Origin: Cyanobacteria bacterium auto_48_18
GTDB lineage: Bacteria; Cyanobacteriota; Vampirovibrionia; Obscuribacterales; Obscuribacteraceae
Reading direction: 5' to 3'
Length of the DNA stretch: 64,000 bases
Assembly (NCBI GenBank): GCA_036170915.1
Contig: JAVHQC010000022.1
Span: 64,001 to 128,000 of the forward strand
This document shows, piece by piece, positions 60,744-64,000 of this stretch. Positions within the stretch are counted from its first letter, which is position 1; the number at the start of each line of letters is the position of its first letter. A model generated the notes under the pieces. That model did no database searches, was not told the origin of the DNA, and worked only from the letters and a program-made list of their open reading frames with translations. Both the position numbers and the translations under genes were made by a program.

Positions 60744-61418
60744 CTATTTGTCTTCGATCAAATAACCTGAACCGAGCACCGTTTTGATCAATTCTTCTTT
60801 ACCTACGGTGGCCAGCTGGCGCCGCAAAGTTTTCATGCAAGTACGCACCGTGTCTTCAGAAGCTTCGCTTTCAGACGGCCAGACGGCATCGAGCAAAGCT
60901 TTGGCGCCAAATGGACGATTGGGGTGACGCATCAAATATTCCAGCAGTGAGCACTGTTTGGGCATCAAGTGCACGCTTTGACCCCCCACTGTGACAGTGC
61001 GGTTTTCAAGTTCTAATGCCACTCCTTGAATTTGCAGCTGGGTGGGTAAAATGCCTTTTGGCCGGCGCAGCAGACTGCGCACGCGGGCCGAGAGCTCTCT
61101 GACATCGAAAGGTTTGACCAGATAATCATCGCCGCCCGAATCGAGCCCCTCTTCGCGGCTCGAAATATCACCTTTGCCGGTTAGAAACATAATTGGTGAC
61201 TGGCCACCGGCTTTGCGGTACTGGCGGCAGACATCCACCCCTGTCACACCTGGTAGGCCCCAATCGAGCACGATCACGTCAAATTCGAAGCTGCTCAGCA
61301 TCTGTAATGCGTCTTCACCGCTATTGACCACCTCTAAAGTGTGATTCTCTAGTGTGAACCAGTCTTCCAGCCTTTCGGCCAGTTCTGAATCATCTTCAAC
61401 GAGCAATATTTTTGCCAT
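60744..61418 (-). CDS. OmpR-family response regulator
   Basis: VEDD, LDWGLP, DDYLVKPF, wHTH TVLGSGY. Confidence 0.95.
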   Translation of the reverse strand: MAKILLVEDDSELAERLEDWFTLENHTLEVVNSGEDALQMLSSFEFDVIVLDWGLPGVTGVDVCRQYRKAGGQSPIMFLTGKGDISSREEGLDSGGDDYLVKPFDVRELSARVRSLLRRPKGILPTQLQIQGVALELENRTVTVGGQSVHLMPKQCSLLEYLMRHPNRPFGAKALLDAVWPSESEASEDTVRTCMKTLRRQLATVGKEELIKTVLGSGYLIEDK

Positions 61419-61529
61419 GTCGCCTGTGCAGTTTGGTGATCGCCGAACTATTATGGTACTCGAATAACTTCATGTGGCTATATCCCCATTCGGGCTGAGA
61501 TAAAAACAAAATTCGCCGGGGTTAGAATT

Positions 61530-62498
61530 TTGAAGAATCACTTAACTCTGTTTGCCCTGTCTGTTGGCTTGTTTGCGCTCATTGCCGCTACAAATTATTT
61601 TGTCTGCGGCGTTTGCGCCAGAGGGCAAATTCAGTCAGATAAAATTCGCGTTCTGGACTTTCCTGGCAAGCGACCCCTTGGCCATCTTTTTCTGTTAGCT
61701 CCCCACTGGCGGGTCAAGGGAGGTAAAGGAGCTCAGTCCATTGGTCCGGCGACGGGCACAGTTAAGGTTTTGCCGGGACAGACACTAATGTTTGTCGCCA
61801 ATGATTTGACCAGCGCCAACATGGCCATGTTCCGTGGCTTTCCTGCTGACGCCATCGGCTATCTCGATTTAAAATCACTCTCGATTTCTGATACCCAGGT
61901 GGAGTGTTTAGCCGGTTTAACTGGTTTGCGACGGCTGGAATTGAGTCAGACAGACGTAACCGACATTGGTATTGCCAAATTGGCCCCTTTGAAAAATCTG
62001 GAATATCTTGCCATTTCGCGCACCCTGGTGAGAGGTAAGTGTTTTGCCATGCTGCGCAACTTCCCCTATTTGCGCACCTTTCATTTTGATGGCGACGCTG
62101 TTAGTGCTCATGATTGTAAGCAATTGGCGAAATGCCGCACCATTAGAGGCATTAGTGCCGGTCGCTGTCATTTGACGAATGCTGCGCTCTTGGAGCTCTG
62201 TAGTATGTCTGAACTTCAATCTCTATGTCTTCCTGATAACCGCGAACTCACTGATAGCGGTATCAAAAAAGTTTTGGCCTTGAAAAATCTTCAGCGTCTT
62301 GACGTTGCTGGTACCAAGGTGACTGATGATGGTCTCGCCGCGCTGAGCGGACTTAAACTACAATGGCTGAGGTTGAACAGCAAATATAACGATGTTAGAG
62401 TCAAACACCGATTGAGAATGTGCTTTCCTGGAGTTAAATTGGTTTTCGAGCATGGTAATGAAAAAATACCGCTTGAAGTTTTTGCACCGCTGCATTGA
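61530..62498 (+). CDS. Secreted leucine-rich repeat protein
   Basis: Signal peptide; LRRLELSQTDVTD, LQRLDVAGTKVTD; FPxxxxxG N-cap. Confidence 0.88.
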   Translation: MKNHLTLFALSVGLFALIAATNYFVCGVCARGQIQSDKIRVLDFPGKRPLGHLFLLAPHWRVKGGKGAQSIGPATGTVKVLPGQTLMFVANDLTSANMAMFRGFPADAIGYLDLKSLSISDTQVECLAGLTGLRRLELSQTDVTDIGIAKLAPLKNLEYLAISRTLVRGKCFAMLRNFPYLRTFHFDGDAVSAHDCKQLAKCRTIRGISAGRCHLTNAALLELCSMSELQSLCLPDNRELTDSGIKKVLALKNLQRLDVAGTKVTDDGLAALSGLKLQWLRLNSKYNDVRVKHRLRMCFPGVKLVFEHGNEKIPLEVFAPLH

Positions 62499-62513
62499 CC
62501 TCTCTGCCAAATA

Positions 62514-63608
62514 ATGTCGCAAATAAGAAAAATTATTCACGTTGATATGGATGCATTTTTCGCATCGGTCGAGCAGCGCGACAATCCGCAGTATCGCGGT
62601 CAAGCCCTTGTGGTGGGCGGTTCTCCCGATCAGCGCGGTGTAGTGGCGGCGGCCAGCTATGAAGCGCGCAAGTTTGGAATTTTTTCAGCCATGCCGGCGC
62701 GCACTGCTTTGCAGAAGTGTCTTAATTTGATTTTTGTGCGGCCACGTTTTGAGGTTTATCGTGCGGTTTCTGAACAAATACGCGAAATTTTTTATCGCTA
62801 TACCGACCTGGTGGAGCCGCTTTCGCTTGACGAAGCTTACCTTGATGTGACAGTCAATAAAAAAGAAATGGCATCAGCTACTCTAATTGCTAGAGAAATA
62901 AAAACCGCCATTGCCACCGAATTAAATTTGACCGCTTCAGCCGGAGTGTCAATAAATAAATTTTTGGCAAAAACCGCATCAGCTGTAAACAAGCCTGACG
63001 GGCTACATTTGATCACTCCTGACCAGGCAATTTCGTTCATCGAAAATTTACCGATTGAAAAATTTTATGGCATCGGTCAAGTGACGGCGCAAAAAATGCG
63101 CCAGGCCGGAGTATTCAATGGTGCTGATTTGAAAGGCTGGAGTGAAGTTGATCTTGTGCGCAAATTCGGTAAGGTAGGCCATTTCTATTACAATATCGTA
63201 CGCGGTATTGATCTGCGGCCGGTGGAGCCCAATCGTGTGCGCAAATCAATTGGTGCTGAAGAAAGTTTTGCTCACGATCTTAGCGATCGGCATTCATACA
63301 TTACCGCCCTTGAAGAAATTGCCGCTACTCTTAAGCGCCGCATGGAAAAAAGTGAAACAAGCGGCCGTACCCTCACTCTCAAAGTTAAGTATGGCGACAA
63401 TCATCAAGTCACTCGCAGCAGAACCTTCGCTGAGTCAATTGCCGTAGATGATATGTCGATGGTGGTAAAAGTGGCCCTGGAATTACTTGATACAACCGAG
63501 GTAGAGACTAAAAATGCCAGACTGCTGGGCCTTTCTCTTTCAAATTTAGACTGCGAACGGGAGCTTGAGAGTAGCGATGCTGTTCAGCTGGTGCTGGAGC
63601 TCAGCTAA
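62514..63608 (+). CDS. dinB: DNA polymerase IV
   Basis: HVDMDAFFASVE, SYEARKFG, SLDEAYLD. Confidence 0.97.
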   Translation: MSQIRKIIHVDMDAFFASVEQRDNPQYRGQALVVGGSPDQRGVVAAASYEARKFGIFSAMPARTALQKCLNLIFVRPRFEVYRAVSEQIREIFYRYTDLVEPLSLDEAYLDVTVNKKEMASATLIAREIKTAIATELNLTASAGVSINKFLAKTASAVNKPDGLHLITPDQAISFIENLPIEKFYGIGQVTAQKMRQAGVFNGADLKGWSEVDLVRKFGKVGHFYYNIVRGIDLRPVEPNRVRKSIGAEESFAHDLSDRHSYITALEEIAATLKRRMEKSETSGRTLTLKVKYGDNHQVTRSRTFAESIAVDDMSMVVKVALELLDTTEVETKNARLLGLSLSNLDCERELESSDAVQLVLELS

Positions 63609-63637
63609 GCTATAATGCTGCCACAAGAGGAAAGCCA

Positions 63638-63826
63638 ATGTCTAATGAACCTGTGGACAAGGACGAAACAGGCAAAGAGCAGCAGTCTGTCAAAGCCCAG
63701 ATGCAAAAGCTGCGTATGCAAAAGCGAGTGGAGCGCAAAGAGGACGGTCGTCATCTGCTCTATTACAGCTTTAGCGATGAGCAACCATTGCCTGACAACA
63801 ATCATAAACAGAAAATAGGCCAATAA
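63638..63826 (+). CDS. Small protein coupled to galT, resembling the GalT N-terminal DGR extension
   Basis: GAGG SD; KEDGRHLLYYSF; TAATG stop/start overlap with galT. Confidence 0.65.
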   Translation: MSNEPVDKDETGKEQQSVKAQMQKLRMQKRVERKEDGRHLLYYSFSDEQPLPDNNHKQKIGQ

Positions 63827-64000
63827 TGTCTGAGAAGCGCTGGAATCCTGTGCTGGGTGAATGGGTAGTGACGGCAACACACCGTCAAGATCGCACTTTT
63901 CTACCGCCCGCCGGTTATTGCCCTCTTTGTCCAACCGCCGCTGGTGGTTTTCCCACCGAAGTGCCTGAATCGTCCTATGACTTCGTGGTTTTTGAGAATA
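63826..64000 (+). CDS. galT: Galactose-1-phosphate uridylyltransferase, 3'-truncated by window
   Basis: Manual translation MSEKRWNPVLGEWVVTATHRQDRTFLPPAGYCPLCP...YDFVVFEN. Confidence 0.9.
   Translation, partial: MSEKRWNPVLGEWVVTATHRQDRTFLPPAGYCPLCPTAAGGFPTEVPESSYDFVVFEN

Noticed and set aside
1..64000. Numerous 60-170 aa antisense or nested ORFs in the ORF track (e.g. 11983..12480, 31181..31657, 53855..54361, 56442..56732)
   Set aside because: Most overlap well-supported genes on the opposite strand or in another frame, and none shows recognisable motifs

Overview
Gene-dense bacterial chromosomal window. The gene repertoire (LRR-ectodomain Ser/Thr kinase, stand-alone secreted LRR proteins, many GT-C glycosyltransferases, a tad locus, lineage-specific hypotheticals) is most consistent with a Melainabacteria/Obscuribacterales-like genome; this is inference. 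Recognisable content: a tad/Flp pilus locus (2 flp, cpaB, cpaE/tadZ, tadA, tadB, tadC, DUF192) with no secretin or prepilin peptidase in the window; several surface-glycosylation genes, including a eukaryote-type UDP-galactopyranose mutase; dinB; the start of galT; and assorted enzymes and regulators. No rRNA, tRNA, CRISPR, integrase or transposase was recognised. The most unusual structure occurs twice (699-2145 and 50222-51701). In each case a single orphan cargo gene sits between two imperfect ~290-340 bp direct repeats that duplicate the 3' end of the last gene(s) of a minus-strand operon, with a repeat period of ~1.15 kb and mostly synonymous divergence. This suggests recombinase-free gene acquisition by 3'-end replacement. 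Also notable: a cryptic papain-like protease with a possible partner gene, an LRR receptor-kinase/soluble-LRR family sharing an N-cap, an apparently split GalT N-terminus, and an epimerase with an in-frame stop at codon 5.
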